In this document: in pieces, positions 29,181 through 39,541 of the stretch
Numbering within the stretch: the stretch's first letter is position 1
Layout: each line of letters begins with the position of its first letter
Made by a program: the position numbers and the translations under genes
Source of the DNA: an uncultured Verrucomicrobiae bacterium
Lineage (GTDB): Bacteria > Verrucomicrobiota > Verrucomicrobiia > Chthoniobacterales > Terrimicrobiaceae
Length of the DNA stretch: 64,000 bases
Direction of reading: 5' to 3'
Assembly: GCA_963706955.1 (NCBI GenBank)
Contig: CAVPOC010000003.1
Coordinates: forward strand, 352,001 to 416,000
Notes under the pieces: model-generated
Seen by the model: the letters and a program-made list of their open reading frames with translations, nothing else
Told to the model about the DNA's origin: nothing
Database searches by the model: none

Positions 29181-30089
29181 TTACTCCAAGCTGGGACGCG
29201 AATCGGACGACTCCTTGGGTGTGAGCAATTCGAGAAACTCTCGCAATGCAGGCGAGATACGCGCCGAGCGCCGAATCAAAGCTCCTAAAGGCCGCCGAAA
29301 AGTCGAATCGCTGAACTCAATCGCGGCAAGCGCGCCGGTTTCCACCTCAGCTTGGATGGCTGCTTCCGGAACAATGGAAACTCCATTCTCAATCTCGACG
29401 GCACGTTTGACCGTCTCGATATTGTCAAACTCGAGGACCAGCTTCACCTTGACTCCCTCCGCCCGCAGCTTGCGGTCGATCTCTCTGCGCGTCGGCAAAT
29501 CCGGCTCGAACGCGATGAACTTCTCGCCCTGCAAAGCGGAGAAAGAGAGTCGCTTTCGGGAAGCAAGCGAATGCGTCGGCGAACAGATCAACACGAGCCG
29601 ATCACTCCAAAACGTCATTGCCTTGATGCCCCTGCGGGTGGAAGGATATGCGACCAAGCCGATGTCGGCTCGACCATCCAACACGCTCAGGTAAACTTCC
29701 GAAGAACGACGATATTCGACGCGAACGTCCACTTCCGGATGCGCCTGCCGGAAAACCTTCAAGTACGGCGGCAACTCGTGCAGTCCAATGCTGAAAATCG
29801 TCGAAATGCACAACTCGCCGGCTACCAGGTTTTGCAGGTTGTTAATGCGGCCTTCCAAATCCCCCAGAATATCCATCACTTGATGGCTGGCTTGTAGAAA
29901 CTCCCGCCCCTCCGGAGTCAGAGAAAAATTTTTCCTGCCCCGCTCAATAAGCTTCACGCGGAAACGTCGCTCCAAAGCGCGTACTTGCTGGCTCACAGCG
30001 CTTTGCGTGATGCCATTCATCTGCGCCGCCTTGGAAAAACTCGAGCTTTCCGCCAGATTGGAAAAGACCTTGAATGATTGAATATGCAT
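29181..30089 (-). CDS. LysR family transcriptional regulator
   Basis: SFSKAA..NGITQSAVSQQVRALE HTH, LTPEG, and a substrate-binding domain ending DNIETVKRAVEIENGVSIVP. Confidence 0.93.
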   Translation of the reverse strand: MHIQSFKVFSNLAESSSFSKAAQMNGITQSAVSQQVRALERRFRVKLIERGRKNFSLTPEGREFLQASHQVMDILGDLEGRINNLQNLVAGELCISTIFSIGLHELPPYLKVFRQAHPEVDVRVEYRRSSEVYLSVLDGRADIGLVAYPSTRRGIKAMTFWSDRLVLICSPTHSLASRKRLSFSALQGEKFIAFEPDLPTRREIDRKLRAEGVKVKLVLEFDNIETVKRAVEIENGVSIVPEAAIQAEVETGALAAIEFSDSTFRRPLGALIRRSARISPALREFLELLTPKESSDSRPSLE

Positions 30090-30101
30090 TTAAAAAATCG
30101 G

Positions 30102-30116
30102 ATAAGAATAACTTAT
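30102..30116. promoter_or_regulatory. LysR-type T-N11-A operator (ATAAG-N5-CTTAT)
   Basis: Perfect interrupted palindrome in the AT-rich 55-bp gap between the divergent LysR and yggS genes. Confidence 0.65.
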
Positions 30117-30144
30117 ATCGAAGCTTTGTAAATAAGTTTATTTT

Positions 30145-30834
30145 ATGAGTGACATTGCCCGTCGCATTGAAGTAGTTGAGGAGCAGATTGTCCGAATCGC
30201 GGAAAGGTGCGGGCGTCTTCGCTCCGAGATTGGCCTCATTGCGGTATCGAAGTCGCAATCTGCCGAAACGGTGCGGGAAGCCCTCGGCGCAGGCCATCTG
30301 CTCTTTGGCGAAAATCGCGCCCAGGAATTGATCGCCAAAGTGCCCCTGCTGCCGTCCTCAACTCATTGGCACTTTATCGGACATCTTCAAAAAAACAAGG
30401 TCCGCAAGGTCCTCCCGTTGGTTGACCTTGTCCACAGTGTTGATTCAGTGGAATTGGCATTGGACATCGATCGAATTGCTTCCGAGCTTGGGCTCTTTCC
30501 ACGCGTCCTGCTGGAGGTGAATGTTTCGCAGGAAGCAACCAAGTTCGGCTTCATCCCCGAGGTAGCGCGGCGGGAGGCGCCACGCCTCCTCGCGCTCCCG
30601 CGAGTGCAGTGGGAGGGCCTCATGACCATTGCTCCGATTATGGATGCGGCTGACAAAGCCCGTCCGTTCTTTGCGCAGCTGCGAACGCTCCGCGATCAGA
30701 TCGCTGCGGAGAACCAAATTGACTTGCCCACGCTCTCGATGGGCATGAGCGATGACTTTGAGGCAGCCATCGAGGAGGGCGCCACACTCATTCGCCTCGG
30801 AACCGCCATCTTTGGGCCTCGCGGGAAAGTTTGA
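30145..30834 (+). CDS. yggS: PLP homeostasis protein (YggS/PLPBP)
   Basis: IAVSK, FGENR, WHFIGHLQKNK, HSVDS, GLMTI, LSMGMSDD and IRLGTAIFG motifs. Confidence 0.95.
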   Translation: MSDIARRIEVVEEQIVRIAERCGRLRSEIGLIAVSKSQSAETVREALGAGHLLFGENRAQELIAKVPLLPSSTHWHFIGHLQKNKVRKVLPLVDLVHSVDSVELALDIDRIASELGLFPRVLLEVNVSQEATKFGFIPEVARREAPRLLALPRVQWEGLMTIAPIMDAADKARPFFAQLRTLRDQIAAENQIDLPTLSMGMSDDFEAAIEEGATLIRLGTAIFGPRGKV

Positions 30835-30906
30835 CGAAAACTCAATGGGAGAACCACCGTGCCGGCTTTCGAGATCGACCACGTGGCGTCGAGGAAGAAA
30901 ACCAAC

Positions 30907-30974
30907 TCTAGCGACCGTGTCCCCGCCAGGGGCGCACCTAGGTTGGCCCACCGGCGACGGACGTCGTCGCTACA
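30907..30974. repeat. REP/REPIN-like inverted doublet, family A (copy 3, degenerate)
   Basis: TCTAGCGACCGTGTCCCC ... CGGCGACGGACGTCGTCGCTACA between convergent genes. Confidence 0.65.
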
Positions 30975-31038
30975 AAAGCGGCCTTCGACGATAGTCACAT
31001 GATCACTACGAGGACACTCACCTGTAGCAACACGGAGG

Positions 31039-32322
31039 CTACAGAGTGCTCTGCTCGGGCAATCCAAGCGCGACGCTGGAGTAGGTGAGTAATCCAGCGA
31101 ATCTGCCCCACCCGATAATTGTTCTGGCAAGCTCCGGGAGATTTTCCCTCGGGCACCATTCTCTGAGATAGTCAAAGAACTCGAAAATCGATATTTGTCT
31201 GTCGGGATTGGTCTCGATCACGCGGAGCAAACGAGCAAAGAGCGGAAGCACGAGCATCCTCTCCCGAAGAATCGCCTTGCGCCCGGGGACATCAGCGGCC
31301 AAAAAGCGGCGGCCGGTGTCGGTGAGCAGCACGTTCTCGCCGGGAGTTGTCACAAGATCTAGCATTTCGCCTGCCTTGATGATGACAAGAAGCTTTGAAA
31401 ATTCATAACCCAAGTCGCTTCCAAGATCGAAAATGTTGCCAGGCTGTGCGGAAACCACGCTGGTGAGGCCGACAATCTCGTTCACATTGACAAGCGGAAT
31501 GGGATGAACCGGCGCAGAGGATGGCGCTGGGTGGTGAGCAGGTTCGGGTAACTCCTGGTGCGTCAAGACAGCGTGAATTCGCGACACGATTGCACTGAAT
31601 TCAGGGCTCGACGGCTCACGAGGGTATGGCAGCGGGTTCCGAATGTCGATGGCCACCGTTCCGGGGCGGGCCGTGAGAACAAGAATTCTCTTCGCCAGAT
31701 AGACGGCCTCTTCAATATTGTGCGTCACCGAGACCATTGTGCGCAGCGGATTTGTCGCATCCGCGCATAATCGCCCTAGCTCATTGCGTAATGATTCGGC
31801 CGTGAGCACGTCGAGCGCGCTGAACGGCTCATCCATGCAAAGAACTTCGGGGTGGACAGCCAAAGCGCGCGCGATACCCACGCGCTGTTTCATTCCACCG
31901 GAGAGTTCGCGCGGATAGGTGCTCTCGTAACCAGTCAAACCGACCATTTCGAGGGAGCGTGAACTGCGCTCTCCAATTACCTCTTTGGAAAGTCTCAACT
32001 GTTGGAGGGGAAGGCGGACATTACCTGCAACGGTCAGCCAGGGAAAAAGCGCAAAATTCTGGAAAACCATGGCTACTCCCGGGCAAACACCTTCGAGCTC
32101 CTGATCATGAAACTTCACCACGCCGCGCGTCGGTCTGATCAACCCTGCGATCAGGCGGATGAGCGTGCTCTTGCCACACCCGGAAGGCCCAAGCAAAGCG
32201 ATGATGTCATTTTCCCAGACCTCTAGATTGATGTTTTCCAGGACAGTCGTCGGATGAGCGCCGTTTTCGCCGGCATACTCCAACCACACGCTGTCAAGTG
32301 CAATGAGCGGCGGCGTCTTCAT
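31039..32322 (-). CDS. Nitrate/sulfonate/bicarbonate-type ABC ATPase with C-terminal AAA-associated domain
   Basis: [36 protein letters not shown] and THNIEEAV motifs plus a C-terminal extension. Confidence 0.9.
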   Translation of the reverse strand: MKTPPLIALDSVWLEYAGENGAHPTTVLENINLEVWENDIIALLGPSGCGKSTLIRLIAGLIRPTRGVVKFHDQELEGVCPGVAMVFQNFALFPWLTVAGNVRLPLQQLRLSKEVIGERSSRSLEMVGLTGYESTYPRELSGGMKQRVGIARALAVHPEVLCMDEPFSALDVLTAESLRNELGRLCADATNPLRTMVSVTHNIEEAVYLAKRILVLTARPGTVAIDIRNPLPYPREPSSPEFSAIVSRIHAVLTHQELPEPAHHPAPSSAPVHPIPLVNVNEIVGLTSVVSAQPGNIFDLGSDLGYEFSKLLVIIKAGEMLDLVTTPGENVLLTDTGRRFLAADVPGRKAILRERMLVLPLFARLLRVIETNPDRQISIFEFFDYLREWCPRENLPELARTIIGWGRFAGLLTYSSVALGLPEQSTL

Positions 32323-34121
32323 CCACCAAACCGGCAATAGTCGTCTCCAAGCCGCTGCAGGCGCTTCCAAAGACTTCGGTTAATGGTCACCACCATTACC
32401 GCCATCACCACGACGGCGGCGGCGAGAACGTCAAATTTTCCGGCACTCGTCGCCTGGCTGATAAGATCGCCCAAACCAAAGGCGGTGTAAGTCTGGCCGC
32501 GCTGCTGCACGTATTCGGCGACAATACTGGCATTCCACGCGCCGCCGGCCGCAGTGATCCAACCGGTGACCAGAAACGGAAAAATCGCTGGAAGAATAAA
32601 ATACCGCCACCGCTTCCAATTCGCCATCTTGAAGACATCGGCGCACGACACCATATCTGCAGGAATGGACTGCGCGCCGGCCGCCACGTTGAAGAGAATA
32701 TACCACTGCGCTCCCAGCATCATCAAAAAGACCGCCCCCCATCCCAGATTTCCGCCCATGGCAAGCACCCAGCCAAAAACCAGTGGATAGAGCATCGGCG
32801 CAGGAAAGGAGGCGGCAAATTGGATGATGGGTTGCAGGAAACGGGAAATGCGTGGATTAAAGCCAATCCAAACGCCCACCGGAATCGTCCAAAGCGAGCT
32901 CACCATCAAAGCGGCTAGAACTCGCAGAAACGTTGCGGCGGCGCTCGAGAGGATGAGCAGCCACTCATGAAAGTCCACCTCCGCGATCAGAAAGAATAGG
33001 CCATACAAACCGTAGCCTCCCAGAGTGAGAACCGCAGCGAGAACAAGAAAATAGAGTCCTTGTCTGAAGCGTCCTGAGGAACCCTTCGAATGAGACCGGA
33101 AGACCAAAGGGCGATTCGTTCGAGTTAGACCAGCAGTGGCTCGTCCCAACCACGCGCCGATGGACGCCAGCGCTCGGGGCAGCCAGGCCCCGGCCAGGAT
33201 GCGTTGAATCACGGTAGTTTCCAACGGACCACCCGCAACATCTTCGAGCTTGAATTTTCGCGACCAGATGACCAGCGGCCACCATACGAGACGATCCATG
33301 GTGATGATCATAAGGCCCATCGCGACTACGGCGGCGATTTGAGCGGAAACGTCCCCGCGAGAGATGGCCAGACTCATGTAAGAGCCCAGGCCAGGAAGCT
33401 GAAAGTTCTTATCTCCCAGGGTGAACGCTTCGATGATAGTGAGAAAAAACCAGCCGCCCGCCATTGACACCATGCAGTTGTAAATCAAACCCTGCGCTGC
33501 AAACGGCAGCTCGATCTTCAAGAACCGGTGAAGAGGTCCAAAATGGCAAAGCTCGCCCATCTGGCGCAACTCAGCCGGAACGCCTTTGAGGGCGTCGTAG
33601 TAGCTAAACACCATGTTCCAAACCTGAGCAGTGAAGATCATGAGCACGCAGGCGAGCTCGAGGCCGAAATTGCTCTTCGGAAACAATGTCACCAAGGCTA
33701 GAACCAACCCCGGCATGAATCCTAAAACCGGGATGCTCTGGAGAATGTCCAAGGCAGGCAAGAGAACGATTCGCGCCCTCCGATCGTAATATGCCCAGCT
33801 CGCGTAAAGAATCCCGAAGACAAATGAGAGTCCCATAGCCACCCAGCTACGCGCCAGCGAGTAGAGAGTGTATTGCGGCAGTTTCCAGAACGAGAGATCG
33901 ATTTGTGTCTCCGCTTGAAAGGGGGCTCTCCATTCATCGGCTACATCCAAGATCGCCGTCAAAAGACCAGCGACAACAAGCACCAGAACGACGTCTGCGA
34001 GAAGTGACCTCCGAACCTTTGGTTTTGCGATGGAGGATTCAGTCTCCAATCGGAACCGGTCGTTTCTGGGGAAAAGCCGGGCGCCAAAGATTCTATCGCT
34101 GATACTAGATAGACCAGCCAA
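32319..34121 (-). CDS. ABC transporter permease with two BPD domains (nitrate/sulfonate type)
   Basis: [31 protein letters not shown] and [14 protein letters not shown] motifs; start uncertain. Confidence 0.88.
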   Translation of the reverse strand: MAGLSSISDRIFGARLFPRNDRFRLETESSIAKPKVRRSLLADVVLVLVVAGLLTAILDVADEWRAPFQAETQIDLSFWKLPQYTLYSLARSWVAMGLSFVFGILYASWAYYDRRARIVLLPALDILQSIPVLGFMPGLVLALVTLFPKSNFGLELACVLMIFTAQVWNMVFSYYDALKGVPAELRQMGELCHFGPLHRFLKIELPFAAQGLIYNCMVSMAGGWFFLTIIEAFTLGDKNFQLPGLGSYMSLAISRGDVSAQIAAVVAMGLMIITMDRLVWWPLVIWSRKFKLEDVAGGPLETTVIQRILAGAWLPRALASIGAWLGRATAGLTRTNRPLVFRSHSKGSSGRFRQGLYFLVLAAVLTLGGYGLYGLFFLIAEVDFHEWLLILSSAAATFLRVLAALMVSSLWTIPVGVWIGFNPRISRFLQPIIQFAASFPAPMLYPLVFGWVLAMGGNLGWGAVFLMMLGAQWYILFNVAAGAQSIPADMVSCADVFKMANWKRWRYFILPAIFPFLVTGWITAAGGAWNASIVAEYVQQRGQTYTAFGLGDLISQATSAGKFDVLAAAVVVMAVMVVTINRSLWKRLQRLGDDYCRFGG

Positions 34122-34217
34122 CCGTATCTTCCGTTCGGTTTACCTGCCTTTGCCATATTCGGCTTGAAGCACTCCGCGAAGGGTCTAGGTTTCTCGCGAA
34201 CTCAGACGAAAAAAACC

Positions 34218-34850
34218 ATGGCTTACGAACTTCCACCATTGCCCTATCCGACAAACGCTCTTGAACCCAGCATCGATGCCAAGACGATGGAGATTCATCA
34301 CGGCAAACACCACGCCACCTATGTGGCGAATCTCAACAAGGCTCTCGAAAACCAGCCCGAATTGGCCAAAAAATCAGTGGATGACCTCATCGCCGACCTC
34401 GCTGCAGTCCCAGAGGCTGCCCGCGGCCCTGTTCGCAACAATGGCGGGGGACACTCCAATCACACGTTCTTTTGGAAAATTATGGCGCCGGATGCCGGTG
34501 GTGCCCCCAGCGGCGCGTTCGCCGATGCGATAAAGTCGAGCTTTGGGAGCTTTGACGAGTTTAAGACAAAGTTTGAAGCCGCCGGTCTGGCGAGGTTTGG
34601 AAGTGGTTGGGCCTGGCTCGTTGTCAATCCTTCCAAGCAGCTCGAAATCGTCTCCACTGCTAATCAAGACAGTCCTCTCATGGGCAAGGCGATCGCCGGA
34701 GCTGCAGGGGTCCCCATCATTGGCGTGGATGTCTGGGAGCATGCCTATTACCTCAATTATCAGAACCGCCGCCCCGACTACTTGAAGGCTTGGTGGAATG
34801 TTGTCTCCTGGAGAGCGGCGGAGAAAAATTACCAGGCCGCCCAGAGCTAA
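34218..34850 (+). CDS. sodA: Superoxide dismutase (Mn/Fe family)
   Basis: [22 protein letters not shown] and DVWEHAYY motifs; the GGG motif points to the Mn type. Confidence 0.95.
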   Translation: MAYELPPLPYPTNALEPSIDAKTMEIHHGKHHATYVANLNKALENQPELAKKSVDDLIADLAAVPEAARGPVRNNGGGHSNHTFFWKIMAPDAGGAPSGAFADAIKSSFGSFDEFKTKFEAAGLARFGSGWAWLVVNPSKQLEIVSTANQDSPLMGKAIAGAAGVPIIGVDVWEHAYYLNYQNRRPDYLKAWWNVVSWRAAEKNYQAAQS

Positions 34851-34979
34851 CCCAGAATACTGTTTCCGCTAGGATGCTCCCCCGCCGTTGCGGAGGTAAC
34901 GGACGGCAGATCCGAGCGTGCGCCTTTGGCTACCGCCTAAGTGAGCGCCGCTAGGTCGGCGATTCTTGGACTCGAGCCG

Positions 34980-36218
34980 ATGGCGCACCTCAACTCGCAC
35001 TATCTCAAACTAAAGGCCGGATATCTCTTTCCGGAGATCGGCCGGCGCGTGAAAACCTTTGCTGAGGCACACCCGGACGCCGCTGGACGATTGATCCGTT
35101 GCGGAATTGGAGACGTCACGGAACCGCTACCGGCAGCAGCGTGCGCAGCAATGCACCGCGCGGTCGATGACCTCGGTCAAAGGGAAACGTTTCACGGCTA
35201 CGGCCCGGAGGGAGGCTATGAATTTCTCCGCCATGCCATCGCGGAATTCGACTACCGCTCCCGCGGCCTCGAGGTCAGCGATGATGAGATTTTCGTTTCC
35301 GACGGCTCGAAATGCGATTGCGCAAATATCCTCGACATCTTCGGTTACGACAACCGAATCGCCGTGATGGATCCCGTCTATCCGGTCTATGTCGATACCA
35401 ACGTCATGGCCGGCCACACCGGACCAGCCGAGGATAGCGGCGTCTACAGCGGCCTTCTCTATTTGGCGTGCACTCCAGAGAACGGCTTCATGCCGGAAGT
35501 TCCTGATGAGCCGGTCGACCTTGTCTACTTGTGCTCGCCGAACAACCCCACCGGCGCAGTTGCGACTCGCGAGCGCCTCGCTCAATGGGTGGAATTCGCG
35601 CTGCGACACCAGGCGGTCATTCTCTACGATGCCGCCTACGAAGCATATATCAGCCAGCCTGACATTCCCCATTCCATTTATGAGATCGACGGGGCTCGCC
35701 AATGCGCCATTGAATTCCGCAGCTTCTCCAAGAATGGCGGGTTCACCGGAGTGCGGTGCGCGTTTACCGTAATGCCAAAGGAACTGCGATGCTGTGCCAC
35801 CAACGGAGAAAAGTTTCCTCTCCATCCACTCTGGAACCGCCGCTTTAGCACAAAGTTTAACGGCGTTTCTTATGTGACCCAGCGCGCTGCGGAGGCCCTC
35901 TACTCGGAGGACGGAAAGGCGCAGGTATCCACCCTGGTTTCCCACTACATGGAAAATGCCAGGATTCTTCGCGAGGCAGTCACGATGAGCGGACTGGCTG
36001 TCTACGGAGGCGTCAACGCTCCTTACATCTGGGTGCGCGGCCCGGAGGGGGTAACGAGTTGGGAGATCTTCGATCGGCTCCTGAAAGAGCAGCACATCGT
36101 CGTCACGCCGGGAAGTGGATTTGGAATGTCGGGCGAAGGCTACTTCCGCATCTCCGCATTCAATAGCCGCGCCAACGCCGCTGAGGCCGCACGAAGATTC
36201 TCCGCCATAGGGTGGTGA
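34980..36218 (+). CDS. dapL: LL-diaminopimelate aminotransferase
   Basis: [45 protein letters not shown] and [12 protein letters not shown] motifs. Confidence 0.95.
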   Translation: MAHLNSHYLKLKAGYLFPEIGRRVKTFAEAHPDAAGRLIRCGIGDVTEPLPAAACAAMHRAVDDLGQRETFHGYGPEGGYEFLRHAIAEFDYRSRGLEVSDDEIFVSDGSKCDCANILDIFGYDNRIAVMDPVYPVYVDTNVMAGHTGPAEDSGVYSGLLYLACTPENGFMPEVPDEPVDLVYLCSPNNPTGAVATRERLAQWVEFALRHQAVILYDAAYEAYISQPDIPHSIYEIDGARQCAIEFRSFSKNGGFTGVRCAFTVMPKELRCCATNGEKFPLHPLWNRRFSTKFNGVSYVTQRAAEALYSEDGKAQVSTLVSHYMENARILREAVTMSGLAVYGGVNAPYIWVRGPEGVTSWEIFDRLLKEQHIVVTPGSGFGMSGEGYFRISAFNSRANAAEAARRFSAIGW

Positions 36219-36288
36219 GAGGCTATCACCTCGCGCGGCTCAAGATCGCTCTTTAAGCACGATAGCTATCTCGCCGAATTTGAGGCGC

Positions 36289-36351
36289 TGTGCGGGCCTT
36301 GGGTCAGGCACCCAGCGACATCGACAGGCGCTTGGCACAAGCGCCTCCATA
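36289..36351. repeat. REP/REPIN-like inverted doublet, family B (degenerate inverted copy)
   Basis: Contains ACAGGCGCTTGGCACAAGCGCCTCCA, the reverse complement of the first arm at 15485-15510. Confidence 0.7.
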
Positions 36352-36502
36352 AGACCGCCGAATTCATCGCTATGCTGCGCTTCAGGCGGCGGCTTTCCGT
36401 CCATAGTTCTAGCTTTCGTCCAAAGCGAGATGCTCGCACCAGCTTTGTAGCCGTCGCAAAGCACGCGCCAAGAAATCGCAATTAACCCAGGGTCTGGCAC
36501 GA

Positions 36503-36590
36503 GCGCTGAAAGCGATCTCATAACAGCCTGGGGCAACCGCCCCAGGGAACCCGAATACAAATCGTCGCCCGGCGCTGAAAGCGCGACTCA
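36503..36590. repeat. Palindromic repeat unit: GCGCTGAAAGCG direct repeats flanking a CCTGGGGC-AACC-GCCCCAGG hairpin
   Basis: Direct repeats at 36503-36514 and 36572-36583; perfect 8-bp stem at 36527-36546. Confidence 0.6.
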
Positions 36591-36599
36591 AACTAGCGC

Positions 36600-36968
36600 T
36601 TAGGTCTTGCGAAGACCAACCCACGGCTGCTCGCCACCTACGTCGACCATCTCCCAGCCATGAGTCTCGGTCATTCTCCACTCCTCCGGAACATCGCGGA
36701 TCAGTGGGCTCAGAATGTTGAGCAGTTTCACCGGCTGTTGCGAGACGTTAAAGTTGGCGTGCACTATGCCCGCGGGAGCAAGCATCATATCGCCAGGTCC
36801 GATAACGGAGCAGTCCTGACCAACCCAAGCGTCCATCTTGCCCTCGATGACGTAAACAACCTCGTCTTGACGCGAATGATAGTGGAAATTGAAGCCATCT
36901 CCAGGACCCAGGATTAATGTGCCACAGTATCTATCCGAGGAAGCGGCAATAGGAAAGGCGGTGCCCAT
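36600..36968 (-). CDS. Cupin domain protein
   Basis: FHYHSRQDEVVYVIEG and PAGIVHANFN cupin motifs. The frame stays open upstream without ATG/GTG/TTG, so the true start may be earlier. Confidence 0.8.
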   Translation of the reverse strand: MGTAFPIAASSDRYCGTLILGPGDGFNFHYHSRQDEVVYVIEGKMDAWVGQDCSVIGPGDMMLAPAGIVHANFNVSQQPVKLLNILSPLIRDVPEEWRMTETHGWEMVDVGGEQPWVGLRKT

Positions 36969-37539
36969 TCCTGGAGGAAGTGCGACCGGAGCAAGTTGTT
37001 CGCCTCTCGAGATTCCCGGCTTTGCAAACAGATCTTTGGTCCCAGAATTTTCCGACGTTTCTGCTAGCTCACTCGTCGCTGGCTCCTGTCGTTCAGCAAT
37101 GCATTTGAATCCGAGCTCTCGAGAATGTCGAGCTTCGGTGAGATGGCGTAAAAAGCAGCCTGGATACTCAGCCGCTTGCGCTCAGGTCCTCAGCAGAAAG
37201 TTGGTTCTCTGTTTCGGGTGGCTCATAAGTCACTCTACCCTACAAAAGCAAAACTGGTTTGTTCCTTGTCTGTACCGCGTCGGCACGCAGCAAGCCGAAG
37301 TTCGCGCCGAACCTGTAACAAGAGTAAAATGCACTACCTTTTCCGGCGACTCGAAGTTGGAGTTTTTTGCGTAGCCGCGCGACTCGGTTTGCGCGACTGC
37401 AAATAGTTGCGATCAACCCCTTAAACAGCTGATCACGTCTCTTTCCGGCTGATTCCGCATTTTGCACAATCTTTCCCCCGAAGCCCTCACAATTATCTGA
37501 TTGATTCACTAGAATTTGGATTGACTTTCCGCCCCCTAG

Positions 37540-37563
37540 GTGGTGAAAAGTGGGGCGTTGTGG
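37540..37563 (+). promoter_or_regulatory. MraZ-binding boxes (three GTGG repeats, 10-bp period) in the dcw promoter
   Basis: GTGGTGAAAA GTGGGGCGTT GTGG directly upstream of mraZ; TTGACT -35-like hexamer at 37521-37526. Confidence 0.75.
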
Positions 37564-37593
37564 CGGAAAATGTCACGCGAGCCCTTTACTGGA

Positions 37594-38043
37594 ATGAGTC
37601 AGGATGCGAAAACGCTCTATTCGGGGACTTTCGAGCGTTCAATGGACGCGAAGAAGCGCGTGGCAATACCTGCGCTGTGGCTTACTAGGGAGGAGGGCGA
37701 GGTTTTCTATGTTATTCCCCACCCGTCGGAGGGGTATCTGATGGTCATGCCCCCCTCAGAATTCGACCGTTGGGAGCAACGGATTCAGGACTCTCCAGCG
37801 ACTGCTACGGAGAAGCGCATGGCCATTCGAAAGTTTTACAGCGAGGCCCACACGACGACGACGGACAAGCAAGGCCGCATTCTCCTGAGCGATAAACACT
37901 GCGACCGCGCCGGGATCACCAACGAGGTGATCTTCGCCGGCGGTCGAAGCCGCTTCGAGATCTGGAGCAAGCCACGCTACAGCGACGTCGCTGTCGGTCA
38001 ATCCGACGTCTACCGGCGCGTGGCAGACACAATCGGCCTCTGA
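37594..38043 (+). CDS. mraZ: Transcriptional regulator MraZ
   Basis: DAKKRVAIP and DKQGRILL (two DxxxR motifs), FEIW; first gene of the dcw cluster. Alternative ATG at 37570. Confidence 0.93.
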   Translation: MSQDAKTLYSGTFERSMDAKKRVAIPALWLTREEGEVFYVIPHPSEGYLMVMPPSEFDRWEQRIQDSPATATEKRMAIRKFYSEAHTTTTDKQGRILLSDKHCDRAGITNEVIFAGGRSRFEIWSKPRYSDVAVGQSDVYRRVADTIGL

Positions 38044-38186
38044 TCCAACAAACAGATGCAAACTTTAACTTGATGAACGGAATCGGATGACGCGGCGGAG
38101 ACGCCTGTTCTGCTTTGGTTTCAATCCGAACAGGGGCTCCGACAAGAAACCGCAAGGCCACGCCGCGATCAGAATCCGCTCACGCA

Positions 38187-39161
38187 ATGCCTATGAACTC
38201 CTGGGACTTCGACGACCCTGCACTCCAAACGTTGCAAAGGCCTGATGGTTCTTACCACACCCCTGTCATGGCCGAGGAGATCGTGGCGCTCCTGCGGCCC
38301 GCGCTCGGCATGATCTTTCTGGATGGGACCGTCGGAGGCGGCGGCCACACCGAAAAGCTTCTTCAATATGGGGCCGAGGTAATCGCCCTGGATCAGGACG
38401 CTGATGCGATCGCCAGATGCCAGCAGCGACTGGCGGCCTATGCCTGCCGGTTGCACCTCTGCGAGGCGAATTTCGAAGAAGCCGATGCTGTCCTTGATCA
38501 ACTGAACGTCCGCTCGCTCGGAGGTGCCCTGCTGGATCTCGGCGTCTCCTCCTACCAGCTCGATACCGCCAGCCGGGGATTTGCCATGATGAAGGATGGC
38601 CCATTGGACATGCGAATGAGTGACAAAAATCCGCGCACCGCGGCCGATATCGTCAACACGGCCGCTCCCGCCGAGTTGGCGCGCATTTTTCGCGAATACG
38701 GGGAGGAACCCCGCGCGATGCACATTGCTGCTCGCATCGCCGCCCTCCGGGAGCAGCGCCCGATCCGGACAACGTTCGACCTGGCCGCCGCCGTCACCTC
38801 GGTGGTCCAGCGAACGGGAGCGAGGCATCCGGCCACGCGCGTCTTTCAAGCGCTCCGGATCGCCGTCAATGACGAGCTTGGCGTGCTGGCCCGCGGGCTG
38901 GAAACAATTGCATTCCGCCTCGCTCATGGGGCGCGCTTTGCAGTCATCAGCTTCCATTCGCTGGAAGACCGGATTGTGAAGACGTTCTTTCGTGATCGAA
39001 GCGCTGAATGGATCGATCGGCCTGAGTGGCCCGAGCCTCGACATAATCCCGCTCGCATCTTCCGCCTTCTCACTCCCCGCCCGATGGACGCCTCGGGCGA
39101 GGAGATTCAAGCCAACCCCCGTGCACGCAGCGCCAAGCTGCGCGTCGTCGAACGCATCTGA
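38187..39161 (+). CDS. rsmH: 16S rRNA m4C1402 methyltransferase
   Basis: HTPVM, DGTVGGGGHT, DLGVSS, GPLDMRM, FQALRIAVNDE, SFHSLEDR and NPRARSAKLR motifs; start approximate. Confidence 0.96.
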   Translation: MPMNSWDFDDPALQTLQRPDGSYHTPVMAEEIVALLRPALGMIFLDGTVGGGGHTEKLLQYGAEVIALDQDADAIARCQQRLAAYACRLHLCEANFEEADAVLDQLNVRSLGGALLDLGVSSYQLDTASRGFAMMKDGPLDMRMSDKNPRTAADIVNTAAPAELARIFREYGEEPRAMHIAARIAALREQRPIRTTFDLAAAVTSVVQRTGARHPATRVFQALRIAVNDELGVLARGLETIAFRLAHGARFAVISFHSLEDRIVKTFFRDRSAEWIDRPEWPEPRHNPARIFRLLTPRPMDASGEEIQANPRARSAKLRVVERI

Positions 39162-39166
39162 CTGCC

Positions 39167-39541
39167 ATGACCTCGATTGAAAACCGCCGCAAATACGCGA
39201 ACCCCATTCATGTCGCTCCGCTTTTCAGGTGGCTGCTCCTCGCCTCGTTCGTGGCGGCATGCGGTCTCCTCTTTGTTTTTATCAAAAACCAGCAGCACTT
39301 CCTTGGCGAACAAACGCGCGAAGTAGAACGCCAGATTCATGACGTGCGTGCACAAAACGAAGTGCTGCTGGCCAGGATTTCTGCCTTGTCCTCGCGGGCG
39401 GAGCTCCAGCGCAAGCTCAATCAAGGCCTGATTGCACTGCAGCCCATCCAAGATCACTACATCGCTCGCATCGGACAACCTGTCACGGCCGACAAGGGCG
39501 GCGGAATGCGCACGGCGGCAAACGAGAGGTTTCGTCCGTGA
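39167..39541 (+). CDS. ftsL: Cell division protein FtsL-like
   Basis: Short bitopic protein (TM plus coiled coil) at the syntenic position between rsmH and ftsI. Confidence 0.75.
   Translation: MTSIENRRKYANPIHVAPLFRWLLLASFVAACGLLFVFIKNQQHFLGEQTREVERQIHDVRAQNEVLLARISALSSRAELQRKLNQGLIALQPIQDHYIARIGQPVTADKGGGMRTAANERFRP

Noticed and set aside
36889..37509. ORFs in the cupin-mraZ gap (36889-37374 +, 37176-37406 +, 37240-37509 -)
   Set aside because: They have no motifs and overlap each other or the cupin antisense strand. The region is more likely promoter and decayed repeat sequence.
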